Shown: in pieces, positions 19,975-29,882 of the stretch
How positions within the stretch are numbered: the stretch's first letter is position 1
Layout of the letters: each line of letters opens with the position of its first letter
Source of the DNA: Acidobacteriota bacterium
GTDB lineage: Bacteria > Acidobacteriota > UBA6911
Direction of reading: 5' to 3'
Assembly (NCBI GenBank): GCA_963664705.1
Contig: OY761556.1
Coordinates: 320,001-384,000 of the forward strand
Length of the DNA: 64,000 nucleotides
The notes under the pieces: generated by a model
Seen by the model: the letters and a program-made list of their open reading frames with translations, nothing else
What the model was told of the DNA's origin: nothing
Databases searched by the model: none
Program-made: the position numbers and the translations under genes

Positions 19975-21108
19975 TTATGCCAGGAGATTCTGGGCGCGGA
20001 TCAAGCGATCCTGAACGCGTACGCCATTCGGACATTGAATGGCGCAGGAAGAACAATCGCTGCAATGCACTTTGCGAATACCTTCCGGCAGGCGTGTGAA
20101 ATAGTCCTTCGCCTGATGAAAGTTGCCCCCGAAGTCATGGTATGCCAGATAGCGCAGCTCATCGGTGACGGGCACACCGTTGGGACATTTCCCTTTGCAC
20201 TCATAGCACATGCGGCAATAGCGCGAGCGGATATCCTCATTTCGCGCATACAGCATTTTCTCATCTTTGAGCGTATAGGGTTCCGTCATGGCGCGGAAGT
20301 TCATTTCAAGTTCGGCTACGTTTTTGGCAAAGGGAACGGTGGTTGAAATGTCCGGGTTCATCAAAACCCATTTGACCGCGGCCAGCGGTCCCTCATCCTT
20401 CAGCCGAAACTCCTTGGGCGGAATAAAACCGGCGACTGCGAGGACCACTTTCATTGCGACCACGCCGATGCCCGCGTCATGCAGTTTGCGGATGGAGGCA
20501 TTGCGCAGAGGCGAACCAATCGGATAGCTGTAGGTGGTCTGCACGACATCAAATTTTCCGATAGAGATAATTTTATCGACGACTGCATTTATGTCGTGCG
20601 CACTCACGCCAATGAAGCGGGTCTTCCCTTGTTTTTTGAGTGTCTCCAATGCTTCAACCGCTTCGTCGGTTATCGTCTCCGGCGTGTCTCTGGAGTGCAG
20701 ATGCCAGATGTCGAGATGGTCGGTTTGAAGCGCTTTCAGGCTGTCGTTCATGTCCTTGAAGACGTCCGCTTTGGTCAGGGCATCGGTTTTGCTGGCGAGA
20801 ACGATCTTATTTCTTTTGCCTTTGAATGTGACTCCGGCGACTTCCTCGCTTTTGCCTTTATCGTACATGCGGGCAGTATCAAAGTAGTTGACGCCCAGCT
20901 CGACGGCGCGAACCAGCACGGCCGGATCAGGGCCTAATCCGATGCCGCAACCCACACCGGACACTTTCAGGCCGGTCTTGCCCAGCAGTCGATACCCGTC
21001 ACCCGCGGGTAGTGGGTTTGTCATTTCAAAAGGATTGGGTATTACGCTTCCCACCGCAGGCAGCATCAGCCCGGCCTGCAGAAATTCTCTTCTCGATTTG
21101 AACTCCAC
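19975..21108 (-). CDS. Aldo/keto reductase with C-terminal Fe-S domain and Tat-like signal
   Basis: SRREFL, YRLLGKTGLKVS, GVNYFDTARMY, CRMCYECKGKCP, CSDCSSCAIQCP; GTG start with AAAGGAGG RBS. Confidence 0.88.
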   Translation of the reverse strand: MEFKSRREFLQAGLMLPAVGSVIPNPFEMTNPLPAGDGYRLLGKTGLKVSGVGCGIGLGPDPAVLVRAVELGVNYFDTARMYDKGKSEEVAGVTFKGKRNKIVLASKTDALTKADVFKDMNDSLKALQTDHLDIWHLHSRDTPETITDEAVEALETLKKQGKTRFIGVSAHDINAVVDKIISIGKFDVVQTTYSYPIGSPLRNASIRKLHDAGIGVVAMKVVLAVAGFIPPKEFRLKDEGPLAAVKWVLMNPDISTTVPFAKNVAELEMNFRAMTEPYTLKDEKMLYARNEDIRSRYCRMCYECKGKCPNGVPVTDELRYLAYHDFGGNFHQAKDYFTRLPEGIRKVHCSDCSSCAIQCPNGVRVQDRLIRAQNLLA

Positions 21109-21204
21109 AAAGCCTCCTTTAAAAGAGCAGCGGGTTTCCAAGTCTCTCGATTTGTGAAAAGACTCAAAAACCCGCTGTCATACGGTTGCTTGCAATGAAT
21201 AGGG

Positions 21205-21882
21205 CTATTTGATTTTCTGCGTGCCGCGAAATTCCCTGTATCCGCCGGTCTGGTAAACGCCGTTGAAGTAGGGGGACAATTCCAGCGCCGTGAAGAACAG
21301 TGGTTTGCCGACTCTCTTGATGTCGCAGGGGTTATGTTCGGTGCCTGCGGGAATATAGAGAACGGTGGCTTGAGTGATCACGTGCCGTTCATACTCTTTG
21401 CCCATGAAGTACTCAATCTCCGCGTCAAAAGAGCCTACGAGATCCGGAAATGTTGCACCCAGGAAGAAGAGATATTCGTCGGTATCATGATGATGGGACT
21501 CTAGTTCCAGTTTGTATGGCTTCACAAATATCTGCCAGCCCATGTTGATCTTGGCGCCCGGGAGGTCGCTGTCGCCCCGGAAATAGGCCTGGGGGCCTGG
21601 AACGATATCCGGTACCAGCGAGTTTTCTTTCAGCTTGTTGCTGAACAGGTGGTCATAGATATGTCCGTCTGTGCCCTTGGGCCATGGTGGCGGGTTCTTG
21701 AAAAATGGGGATGCAGCCTGTTTGGCTGCGGCGCCAGTCTTGGCTTCCTGGGCTTGCGCGATTGCGGGAGCGGCCAGTTGTGTTAACGCGGCTGCAAGCG
21801 CAACTCCCGTGGCGCCTGTGCCAAGTTCCTGAAAGAATGCCCTTCTGGACGGATTCTTTTCGTTGTCATTATTGGAGCTCAT
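21205..21882 (-). CDS. Tat-signal cupin-fold hypothetical protein
   Basis: SRRAFF twin-arginine signal with AQA cleavage site; cupin-like HHHDTDEY...IPAGTEHNP; GAGGAG RBS. Confidence 0.7.
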   Translation of the reverse strand: MSSNNDNEKNPSRRAFFQELGTGATGVALAAALTQLAAPAIAQAQEAKTGAAAKQAASPFFKNPPPWPKGTDGHIYDHLFSNKLKENSLVPDIVPGPQAYFRGDSDLPGAKINMGWQIFVKPYKLELESHHHDTDEYLFFLGATFPDLVGSFDAEIEYFMGKEYERHVITQATVLYIPAGTEHNPCDIKRVGKPLFFTALELSPYFNGVYQTGGYREFRGTQKIK

Positions 21883-22316
21883 CAAGGTCTCCTCTCGGAA
21901 GAAATGTTAGGCCCATTGAATCAGGTCCCTCGCTCATTGATTGCCAGATCGCTGCCGGCTTGCTAAGGCTGTATCGTTCCAACAGGCTTCCATTCAGAGT
22001 ATTGAACGATTTGGACATTGAGTCCTGTATATATAAGGTTGAAGTTCTACAGGTGAGACTATAGTAGGTTGGGTGTTCCTGTTGTCAAGCGATTTCCATT
22101 TTGAGGTCTTCCTGTCAGGGCTGTTCCTCGCTCGGTTTGAATGGTGTTTGGGAGTTGGCAGTGCGAGGGATCGATGGTTTTCACCCGACGGCAGGCTGCT
22201 CAAAGTTTACGGGCATCACAATCAGATTGAAATTATTGTTGACCGCGTATGCCCGGAACCGTAAAATTTACCGTTTTTGCGGTATTAAGCACTCATTAAA
22301 AAGGGGGAAGGTTCCG

Positions 22317-22496
22317 ATGGCAGAAAAAATTTCCAAAACAGCGCGAGCGAGTCTTGGTGATAAGGGCGAAACGCATGCACATAAGTGCCCGCAGTGCGGC
22401 GCTGCGATGGTGGCCACCAAGGTTGTCAAATATCGCGACATACCTGGCGGGATGTTCTGGATCTGTCCGAAAGACGATAGCCGCGTCAAGATCTAA
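22317..22496 (+). CDS. Small Zn-ribbon-like protein (59 aa)
   Basis: AAGGGGGAAG RBS; HKCPQCG...WICPKD; followed by a hairpin. Confidence 0.62.
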   Translation: MAEKISKTARASLGDKGETHAHKCPQCGAAMVATKVVKYRDIPGGMFWICPKDDSRVKI

Positions 22497-22536
22497 CCAG
22501 CCAAATCTCCTCCAAGATTGATTCTCCTAACAGCAA

Positions 22537-22564
22537 CGCCCCTATTTCTGTGAAGATAGGGGCG
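22537..22564. terminator. Hairpin between convergent genes (likely terminator)
   Basis: CGCCCCTAT / ATAGGGGCG inverted repeat. Confidence 0.55.
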
Positions 22565-22600
22565 AGCGTGTTTGTTTTGCTTCGGCCGATCGACCGCTTT

Positions 22601-23812
22601 CTATAAAAGCATGCCGGCGATGCATGCGGAGAGGAAGTTTGCCAGCGTCCCGGCTGCTACGGCGCGAAATCCCAGCAGCGCGAGCTCATGTTTCCTTTCC
22701 GGTGCCAGTGCCCCAATCCCTCCGATTTGGATGGCGATCGAGCTCAGGTTGGCAAACCCGCAGAGCGCGAAGGTTGCGATGGTAAATGACCTGGGATCCA
22801 ACGATGCCTTTAGCGGGCCCAGTTGACTGTAGGCGATCAGTTCATTGAGCACGAGACGAGTCCCCAGCAGATTGCCAATGGCGAAACTATCCTTCCATGG
22901 CACGCCCATCAGCCACGCCAACGGGGCGGCAATTCGTCCGAAAACCCATTGCATGCTCAGATGCTCGCCGCCGCCGACTGGAATCAGGCCCAGGATGGCG
23001 TTGATCAGGGCAATGAGGGCGAGAAATGAAATCAGCATGGCGCCTACATTCAATGCCAGGTGAAATCCATCGCCTGTTCCCCGCGCCGCCGCGTCAATCA
23101 CGTTGACATCGGTTCTCTCAATCTTGAGGCTGACTTTGCCCGCGGTTTTCGGGACTTCGGTTTCCGGGACGAACATCTTGGCCATCATGATGGTGCCAGG
23201 GGCAGTCATGATTACCGCTGTCAGCAGATGCTTGGCTTCAATGCCAAACGCCAGGTAGGCGGCCATGATACCGCCGGAAATGTGTGCCATTCCGCTGGTC
23301 ATGACCGTCATCAGTTCGGATCGCGTCATGGTTGAGAGAAATGGCCTGATGGTCAACGGGGCTTCTGTCTGCCCCATAAAAATGCTGGCGGCCACATTCA
23401 GGGATTCTGCGCCGCTGGCGCCCATCACCTTTGTCATGACCTTGGCAAACGCCAGCACAAACATTTGCATGACTCCCAGGTAATAGAGGATCGCGAAAAG
23501 AGCGGCAATGAAAATAATGGTGGGGAGGACCTGGAAAGCAAATGTGGCGATCGTATTTCCGGGTGTCCCCAATTCGCCGAAGACAAAAGAAGACCCCACC
23601 TTCGCAAATCCCAGAAGTTTGGTGATCTTGGACCCGATCCAGGCAAAAGTCGCTTGGCCTGCCGCAGTCTTCAATACCAGCAGGGCAAAAGCGAACTGTA
23701 GCCCTAGTCCCCAGGCTACCGTGGCGAGCCGTATCTGTTTACGGCTGGTTGAAAACACATATGCAATTCCGAGAATTACGAGAATTCCCAATATTCCGGT
23801 TAGTCGGCCCAT
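22601..23812 (-). CDS. nupC: NupC/CNT family nucleoside:cation symporter
   Basis: FAFQVLPTIIF, IFMGQTEAPL, LNELIAY, ALCGFANLSSIAIQIGG. Confidence 0.93.
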   Translation of the reverse strand: MGRLTGILGILVILGIAYVFSTSRKQIRLATVAWGLGLQFAFALLVLKTAAGQATFAWIGSKITKLLGFAKVGSSFVFGELGTPGNTIATFAFQVLPTIIFIAALFAILYYLGVMQMFVLAFAKVMTKVMGASGAESLNVAASIFMGQTEAPLTIRPFLSTMTRSELMTVMTSGMAHISGGIMAAYLAFGIEAKHLLTAVIMTAPGTIMMAKMFVPETEVPKTAGKVSLKIERTDVNVIDAAARGTGDGFHLALNVGAMLISFLALIALINAILGLIPVGGGEHLSMQWVFGRIAAPLAWLMGVPWKDSFAIGNLLGTRLVLNELIAYSQLGPLKASLDPRSFTIATFALCGFANLSSIAIQIGGIGALAPERKHELALLGFRAVAAGTLANFLSACIAGMLL

Positions 23813-23921
23813 GGCTGCTCCGAGTCAATTCGAGGTTTGATGTTCATGCAATTCGATTGAAACCCGAGATTATAGACTATGGCTATGATCCGCAAACCCA
23901 AATTGTTATATTTTCTCTGCA

Positions 23922-24881
23922 ATGAATAAATCCGAAGCCGAGCCACAAATCCGGGAGCCGGGAGCTGCCTACAACAGCTATGGCCGATTTCTTCGGGATA
24001 CCTTTGGCTGCCGGGTCTATAAGGTCAGTGTTGATGCGGGATTTACGTGTCCCAATCGGGACGGTACGGTGGCAGTCGGAGGCTGTACCTACTGCAATAA
24101 CGACTCCTTTCGTCCCAAGAGTGCAGATCGTCTCAAGTCAATTTCACAGCAGGTGAGCGAAGGGATCGGGTATCTCCGCACGAGATACTCGGCGGAAAAA
24201 TTCATTGTGTACTTCCAGCCCTACAGTAATACACATGCCCCGCTGGAGGTCCTGATCCCTCTTTACGAGGCTGCCCTCGATCAGCCGGATGTGATCGGGC
24301 TCTCCTTGGGGACGCGGCCGGATTGTATGGATGATGCCAAACTGGAATGGCTGGAAAAACTGGCATCCCGGTATTTTGTGACTGTGGAATACGGCTTGCA
24401 GTCGATATACGATTCCACGCTTGCCCGCATCAATAGAGGTCATACATTCCAGTGCTGGCTGGATGCGATGCGGAATACACGCGATCGCGGAATCCGGCTG
24501 GGGACTCACCTGATCCTGGGATTCCCCTGGGAAACCAGAGATGAAATTCTGCATATGGCCGATGTCCTTGCAGGCAAAGGACTCGACTTCTTGAAGCTCC
24601 ATCACTTCCATATAGTTCGGAATACCGAAATGGCCAGGCTTTACGAGGAGAGGCCATTTCCATTGCTTCCGCTGGAGGACTATGCCGAACTGGTGGTGAA
24701 TTTTGTTGGACGCCTGAGCCCTGAGATTCGCATAGAGCGGCTTTTCGGGGCCGCTCCTGCGTCACAACTGATCGGACCTCTGTGGGGAAAAAGCCCTGCT
24801 GAGATTCGCCACTGTATCGATCGCCGGTTTGTCGATAAAAATATCTGGCAAGGGAAGATACTTCAAACATCCGGATCCTGA
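23922..24881 (+). CDS. Radical SAM protein, TIGR01212/YhcC family
   Basis: GFTCPNRDGTVAVGGCTYC, YFQPYSNT, GTRPDC, VEYGLQS, INRGH. Confidence 0.9.
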   Translation: MNKSEAEPQIREPGAAYNSYGRFLRDTFGCRVYKVSVDAGFTCPNRDGTVAVGGCTYCNNDSFRPKSADRLKSISQQVSEGIGYLRTRYSAEKFIVYFQPYSNTHAPLEVLIPLYEAALDQPDVIGLSLGTRPDCMDDAKLEWLEKLASRYFVTVEYGLQSIYDSTLARINRGHTFQCWLDAMRNTRDRGIRLGTHLILGFPWETRDEILHMADVLAGKGLDFLKLHHFHIVRNTEMARLYEERPFPLLPLEDYAELVVNFVGRLSPEIRIERLFGAAPASQLIGPLWGKSPAEIRHCIDRRFVDKNIWQGKILQTSGS

Positions 24882-24895
24882 CCGGGGACACGCTC

Positions 24896-26452
24896 CTAGT
24901 GGCTGATGTAATAGGCCCGGATCCACTGGTCCAGCGTGGCTCGCGGGTTGCGAATTACCTCCGGCGTGATATCGAACTGCTGGACTCCCTGAGTCCGACG
25001 AATCAGATTCAGCCCGTGTTCATAATCCCGAAAAACCTCCTCAAACACGATCTCCGGCTTTTCATCGCTCTCGACTGCCTTTTGGCTGAGAAGCCGGGCT
25101 GCTTCCGGCTGCAACTGAATCTGTATTCCATTGCGCTTGGACCATTCCTCCGCAATGGTGATAAAGGCCGTGTCCATCTGTTCCAACTCAAGCCCCTTCG
25201 CCTGCTGCAGAATCTCCTTCAGAACCTCATCCGGCGTGTCGACCAGTCGCTCGCTTAGTTCAAGCTTCCTAATTGGGGAATGCGGAAGATTGTATTTGTA
25301 TTCCCGGAAGGTCCTCTCGCATACCCCCACCAGGCTTCGAGCGCCAGTATGCTCTTCGTAGGCCTTCTGCGCGATCCTGTGCAAACCGGGATCGCTGGGG
25401 ACAAGGTCAATACCATACGCATCAAAAGCATTGACATACTGACGCATGATCGATCCTTCAGAATTCCTGAGAATCTGAAACAGATCGTCAACATTCAGTT
25501 CATGGCAACTGACAACAACCGGCAGCCGGCCCACAAATTCGGATTCAAAGCCGTATTCAATGAAGTCGTTGCTCTTGGCATATTGGAAAAAATCTTCCTC
25601 ACGCGGAACCGAACGGCCTGCGGAATGAAACCCGATCGATTTGGCTCCCATCCGTTTTCGAATGATATCGGCCAGCCCGTTGAATGCACCGCTGACAATA
25701 AACAGGATGTGCCGCGTGTTTATCTGAGACTTGGAGACTTTGCCTTTCGATTGAAACTCCATGGCAGCCTGGAGTTGGGATGTGAGATCGAATGGCGTGC
25801 GGAGACTGACTTCCGTCTCTTCCATAAGCTTCAAGAGGCCCCGCTGAACACCGCCTCCGCTGACATCCCGCCCCATGATATTCATCGGGGTTGCGATTTT
25901 GTCTATTTCATCAAGGTAAATGATTCCATATTCTGCCAGCTTGATATTCCCATCCGCTTTGTGAACCAATTCCCGTACCAGATCCTCGACATCTCCTCCG
26001 ACATATCCCGTTTCCGAGAATTTGGTCGCATCCGCCTTAACAAATGGAACGCCGATCAGATCGGCAATCGTGCGAACAAGGTACGTTTTGCCAACGCCCG
26101 TAGGGCCGAGCATGATGATGTTCTGTTTGGCATATTCCTTACAGGGCCCTTTGACCGAACAACGCTTGATATGATTGTAGTGATCGCAAATGGCTGTAGC
26201 CAAGACCTTCTTGGCAGCGTCCTGCTTTACAACAAATCGATCGAGATATCGCTTGATGTCCCGAGGCAAGTAATCAAAGGGAAGGTCCAACGGAGCCTCC
26301 TGGACTTCAGTTCCATCGTCGGCAGTCCGCGCCTGATCCGGTTCTGCACTCAACATTCCAAGTTTCACCTGGTCCCCATATTTCTTGGAGAAAAACTCCT
26401 CCATATCTTTTCGTAACTCGTCTGGATTAGGCCACTTTGTGCCAGATTGCAT
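24896..26452 (-). CDS. ClpX-like AAA+ ATPase lacking the N-terminal zinc domain, with C-terminal extension
   Basis: GPTGVGKT, DATKFSETGYVGGDVE, LDEIDK, RDVSGGGVQRGLLK, SIGF loop, TGARSL; start placed at MQSGTKW. Confidence 0.85.
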   Translation of the reverse strand: MQSGTKWPNPDELRKDMEEFFSKKYGDQVKLGMLSAEPDQARTADDGTEVQEAPLDLPFDYLPRDIKRYLDRFVVKQDAAKKVLATAICDHYNHIKRCSVKGPCKEYAKQNIIMLGPTGVGKTYLVRTIADLIGVPFVKADATKFSETGYVGGDVEDLVRELVHKADGNIKLAEYGIIYLDEIDKIATPMNIMGRDVSGGGVQRGLLKLMEETEVSLRTPFDLTSQLQAAMEFQSKGKVSKSQINTRHILFIVSGAFNGLADIIRKRMGAKSIGFHSAGRSVPREEDFFQYAKSNDFIEYGFESEFVGRLPVVVSCHELNVDDLFQILRNSEGSIMRQYVNAFDAYGIDLVPSDPGLHRIAQKAYEEHTGARSLVGVCERTFREYKYNLPHSPIRKLELSERLVDTPDEVLKEILQQAKGLELEQMDTAFITIAEEWSKRNGIQIQLQPEAARLLSQKAVESDEKPEIVFEEVFRDYEHGLNLIRRTQGVQQFDITPEVIRNPRATLDQWIRAYYISH

Positions 26453-26771
26453 AAAACAATTCCTTCCGATCGCACCTGCCGCTTCAAGCGATCCTTGACA
26501 TGAAGTATGCGTATTAAGATCCCAAAAATCAATTTGCAACAAAGGTGGGGCGGTCCAAACGTCTCCTGTTCACAAGCACTTGGCCCGAAATAGGTGCATT
26601 GAGAGGCCTTAAATGCTTTTGGGAGGGGCTTCTTTTAGGATTCCAGGTGGAATTTTTAATGAGAGGAAGCAGCGGCTGAACCCGATTTTTGTTGCTCCGC
26701 ACCTTGAGAAACCGGGAGCATCGTTTTTTTAATAAAACGATGATAAAAATTGGTTTACGGCAGCCCTGCTC

Positions 26772-27476
26772 TTATCGATGAGCGCGCCGGCGCTGGAGGT
26801 TTATCTTTTCTCCCAGAGGTTTGGATCTGCCGTGATGAGTTCCCGCGTGTTTTGCCAGTGAGGGCTTTGGCTTGGATGCAGCCTTTTTCTGAGGCTTTGC
26901 CACATGTCTCGCCTTTACTTCAGGTGGCGGTACCGGTTTGGCGGATTTGGCCGTTTGGCGTGCCATCGGCTTTATGTGGGGTTCCTGCACTTCTTTTTCA
27001 AATTGTTGCAACAGCAGATTGGAATGTTGAAGGATACCGGGATCTCCTGCAAATTCTCGCGTAACTCTTGTGATTCTGGCAAGATGCGCCTTAACGATTA
27101 TGTAGAAGTCCAGCGCGCGATCCGTCCAGTTCTCACGCAATCTGCGAATGATCGGAACATAGATCTTCAAGGTTGCAGGCTCTTCGTAGAGGAAAGCCTG
27201 TTCAAAGCAGCGGATGAGGGATAGATCTTCTTTTTTTTCAATGATTTGCTTGCGAGCGGCTGCGATCTCCTTGATGAATGGATCCTGTTCATCCTTCATC
27301 TGAATCCAGAAGGAATGCGGGAGAGCGCTCATGCTGCGCTTCTGCTGTGCTACATCCTGCGCCATCGAGCTCCAGATATCCCGGACGAGCTGATTCTCAC
27401 TAAACCTTTGCTGAAGATCAACATACAGCTGAATCATTGTATCCTGAAGCTCTGTAATGGAACCCTGTAGGTTCAT
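26772..27476 (-). CDS. Hypothetical protein, helical N-terminal domain and Lys/Pro/Ala-rich basic tail
   Basis: Long ORF filling the intergenic space; amphipathic helices followed by AKSAKPVPPPEVKARHVAKPQKKAASKPK. Confidence 0.7.
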   Translation of the reverse strand: MNLQGSITELQDTMIQLYVDLQQRFSENQLVRDIWSSMAQDVAQQKRSMSALPHSFWIQMKDEQDPFIKEIAAARKQIIEKKEDLSLIRCFEQAFLYEEPATLKIYVPIIRRLRENWTDRALDFYIIVKAHLARITRVTREFAGDPGILQHSNLLLQQFEKEVQEPHIKPMARQTAKSAKPVPPPEVKARHVAKPQKKAASKPKPSLAKHAGTHHGRSKPLGEKINLQRRRAHR

Positions 27477-27763
27477 AAATCATTCTCACTTGATCAAAGG
27501 ACCGTGAACCGGCCAATCAGGTGCCGAAGGGAGGCGCTCAAGAACCAAAATGTAGCAGAGTCGAGGATCGGCTGTAAAGTCTCTTGTTTATATTATTTTT
27601 AAGGATTTAGCTGTGGTTTTACACGGATTCGAAATTTGAAAATGAATAAGATTCTGCGTGATTGCCTTGGATTTTCAATGTCCGAAAATCACTTGGGTTA
27701 GAAAAAAGGAAGAGTTCGTTCAATAGATTATGTGTTTGCAAATATCAACCGTGAGGATCCCTA

Positions 27764-28687
27764 TTATCGCACGGCTCCATCTATGAACTGGACGGACCCG
27801 GCGTCGGCGTCCAGACGAACTTTTACGCCAAATGGAATAGCCCAGTTATCTTTCGAATGTCCGGCCGGGAATCCCGCGATCACCGGTATTTCAAGTTTGG
27901 TTAGAATATCCCGGAGCGTATCCGCTGCGGTGTAATTGGCATCGTCGGGTTCACAATCGATAAAACTACCCAGGATAATGCCGGCGACATTTTGCAACTT
28001 GCCTGCAAGCTGCAGATGCATCAACAGGCGATCGAGTCTGTATGGCGGTTCCCCCTGATCCTCCAGGAAGAGTATTTTCCCGTCTGTTTTGATTTCATAG
28101 GGTGTCCCAATGCTCGTCGCGATTATGGAAAGACAACCGCCAACAAGGATTCCCTCGGCAGAGCCCGGGTGCCACGTTTCGATTTCGCCGAAATGAAAGG
28201 CAGGTCGGTATTCAGGATTGGTCCAAAGAGAAAAAAGATGCTGTTGCTGCTCCGGCGAGGCGTCGCCGAGCGAAGCAGCCATGGGACCATGGGTCGTGAT
28301 CCAACCAAATCTTCGCCGGAAGAACATATGCAAGGTTGTAAGATCGCTGAACCCCATGAATATTTTGGGATGCGGACGCAATCGCTTTTCCATCAGGCGG
28401 GGGATCAGTCTGGCGCATCCGTATCCGCCGCGCAGGGCCAGGATAGCCTGCACAGAAGGATCTTCAAATGCGCACATCAATTCTTCCGCTCTGTCGGCGT
28501 CCGCGCCCGCAAGGTACCGTGACGATTCAAAAATACGTTCATCAAAGCGCACGCGGAATCCCATCTTCTCCAGCAGGGTTATTCCGTTTTCGAATCTCTG
28601 GCGTTGTCCCACCGTGCTGGCAGGCGCGATGATTGACACGGTATCGCCGGGATTCATCTTTGGCGGTTGAATGGTAGGAATGTCCAT
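27764..28687 (-). CDS. ldcA: LD-carboxypeptidase (peptidase S66)
   Basis: IIAPAS, YLAGADADRA, RGGYG, GFSDLT (Ser), LFLEDQGE (Glu), PAGH (His). Confidence 0.92.
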   Translation of the reverse strand: MDIPTIQPPKMNPGDTVSIIAPASTVGQRQRFENGITLLEKMGFRVRFDERIFESSRYLAGADADRAEELMCAFEDPSVQAILALRGGYGCARLIPRLMEKRLRPHPKIFMGFSDLTTLHMFFRRRFGWITTHGPMAASLGDASPEQQQHLFSLWTNPEYRPAFHFGEIETWHPGSAEGILVGGCLSIIATSIGTPYEIKTDGKILFLEDQGEPPYRLDRLLMHLQLAGKLQNVAGIILGSFIDCEPDDANYTAADTLRDILTKLEIPVIAGFPAGHSKDNWAIPFGVKVRLDADAGSVQFIDGAVR

Positions 28688-28734
28688 ATAGATGTTAAGA
28701 TAGCTTTCCGAAACCCGATTGATGGAGATCAACC

Positions 28735-29349
28735 ATGCTCAACTACATTTGGCTTTCGATGATTATTCTTGCCGTTGTTGTGGGCGGAATCAACGGCAAA
28801 ATCCAGGATGTTACGAAGGCTGCTATCGATTCGGCGACCAATTCCGTGACAATTGCCATCGGTCTTATCGGAACCATGGCACTTTGGCTCGGACTGATGA
28901 AGATTGCGGAAGACTCCGGCCTCATGGGATTGGTAGCAAAGGCGATCGCCCCGATATTGAAACGCCTGTTTCCGGATGTCCCTGCCGGGCATCCGGCCAT
29001 GGCAAGCATGACAATGAACATTGCCGCCAACATGCTTGGGTTGAGCAATGCTGCCACTCCCATGGGCCTGAAAGCCATGGAGGATCTCGAGAAACTCAAT
29101 AAGAATCCCGGTGTAGCTACAAATGCAATGTGTACTTTCCTGACGGTCAATACCGCGGGTCTCCAGCTGATTCCGGCCACAATGATCAGCATCATGGCAT
29201 CTGCCGGTTCGAAAGAACCCACGGCGGTAATCGGTACCACCATTGCCGCAACCATGGCAGCCCTGATCCTTGGAATTACCGCTGTCAAGATATTGGAAAA
29301 GCTTCCAGTCTTTTCTCCCGACCGTGATCAGCAAAGGAAGTCCTCATGA
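28735..29349 (+). CDS. spmA: SpmA-family membrane protein (Gate/nucleoside-recognition domain)
   Basis: MLNYIW, LFPDVPAGHPA, ANMLGLSNAATPMGLKAMEDL. Confidence 0.9.
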   Translation: MLNYIWLSMIILAVVVGGINGKIQDVTKAAIDSATNSVTIAIGLIGTMALWLGLMKIAEDSGLMGLVAKAIAPILKRLFPDVPAGHPAMASMTMNIAANMLGLSNAATPMGLKAMEDLEKLNKNPGVATNAMCTFLTVNTAGLQLIPATMISIMASAGSKEPTAVIGTTIAATMAALILGITAVKILEKLPVFSPDRDQQRKSS

Positions 29350-29882
29350 TTCAGCACATCATCGGTACGATCTCAATATGGGCTATACCGCTCTTTCTTG
29401 TTTTCATTCCTGTATATGGAGCCTGCAAGAAGGTAAAGGTGTACGAAAGCTTTGTGGAAGGAGCCAAGGGCGGCTTTCAAATGGCAATCCGCATTATACC
29501 CTATCTGGTGGCAATCCTTGTTGCGGTGGGGATGTTGCGTGGAGCCGGCGCGATTGACATGCTGTCACACTGGCTTGATCCCGTGCTCCGACGTGTAGGA
29601 TTTCCTGTCGAAATACTCCCGCTTGCCATCATGCGGCCGCTTTCCGGGAGTGGATCGATGGGGATAGTTACCGAATTGATCAAAGTCCACGGCCCCGATT
29701 CGTTTCTTGGCCGCCTTGCTGCCTCCGCCTATGGGAGCACGGAAACAACCTTTTATGTTCTGGCCGTCTATTTCGGTTCCGTCGGCATCCGAAAAACCAG
29801 GCATGCCGTTATCGCCGGGCTGGTGGCCGACATTGCCAGCCTGGTCGCTGCCGTTTTTATTTGTCGTTTTGTGTTCCTTTAA
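29346..29882 (+). CDS. spmB: SpmB-family membrane protein
   Basis: VYESFVEGAKGG, MRPLSGSGS, GSTETTFYVLAVYFGSVGI. Confidence 0.9.
   Translation: MIQHIIGTISIWAIPLFLVFIPVYGACKKVKVYESFVEGAKGGFQMAIRIIPYLVAILVAVGMLRGAGAIDMLSHWLDPVLRRVGFPVEILPLAIMRPLSGSGSMGIVTELIKVHGPDSFLGRLAASAYGSTETTFYVLAVYFGSVGIRKTRHAVIAGLVADIASLVAAVFICRFVFL

Noticed and set aside
25280-26416. 378-aa plus-strand ORF (and similar ones at 735-1625, 9209-10156, 17732-18607, 57933-58721)
   Set aside because: Antisense shadows of well-supported genes.
27627-27647. ATTCGAA ATTTGAA AATGAAT, and GATTATA GACTATG GCTATG near 23868, as further heptamer arrays
   Set aside because: Only two or three poorly matching units in AT-rich promoter DNA; could be chance.
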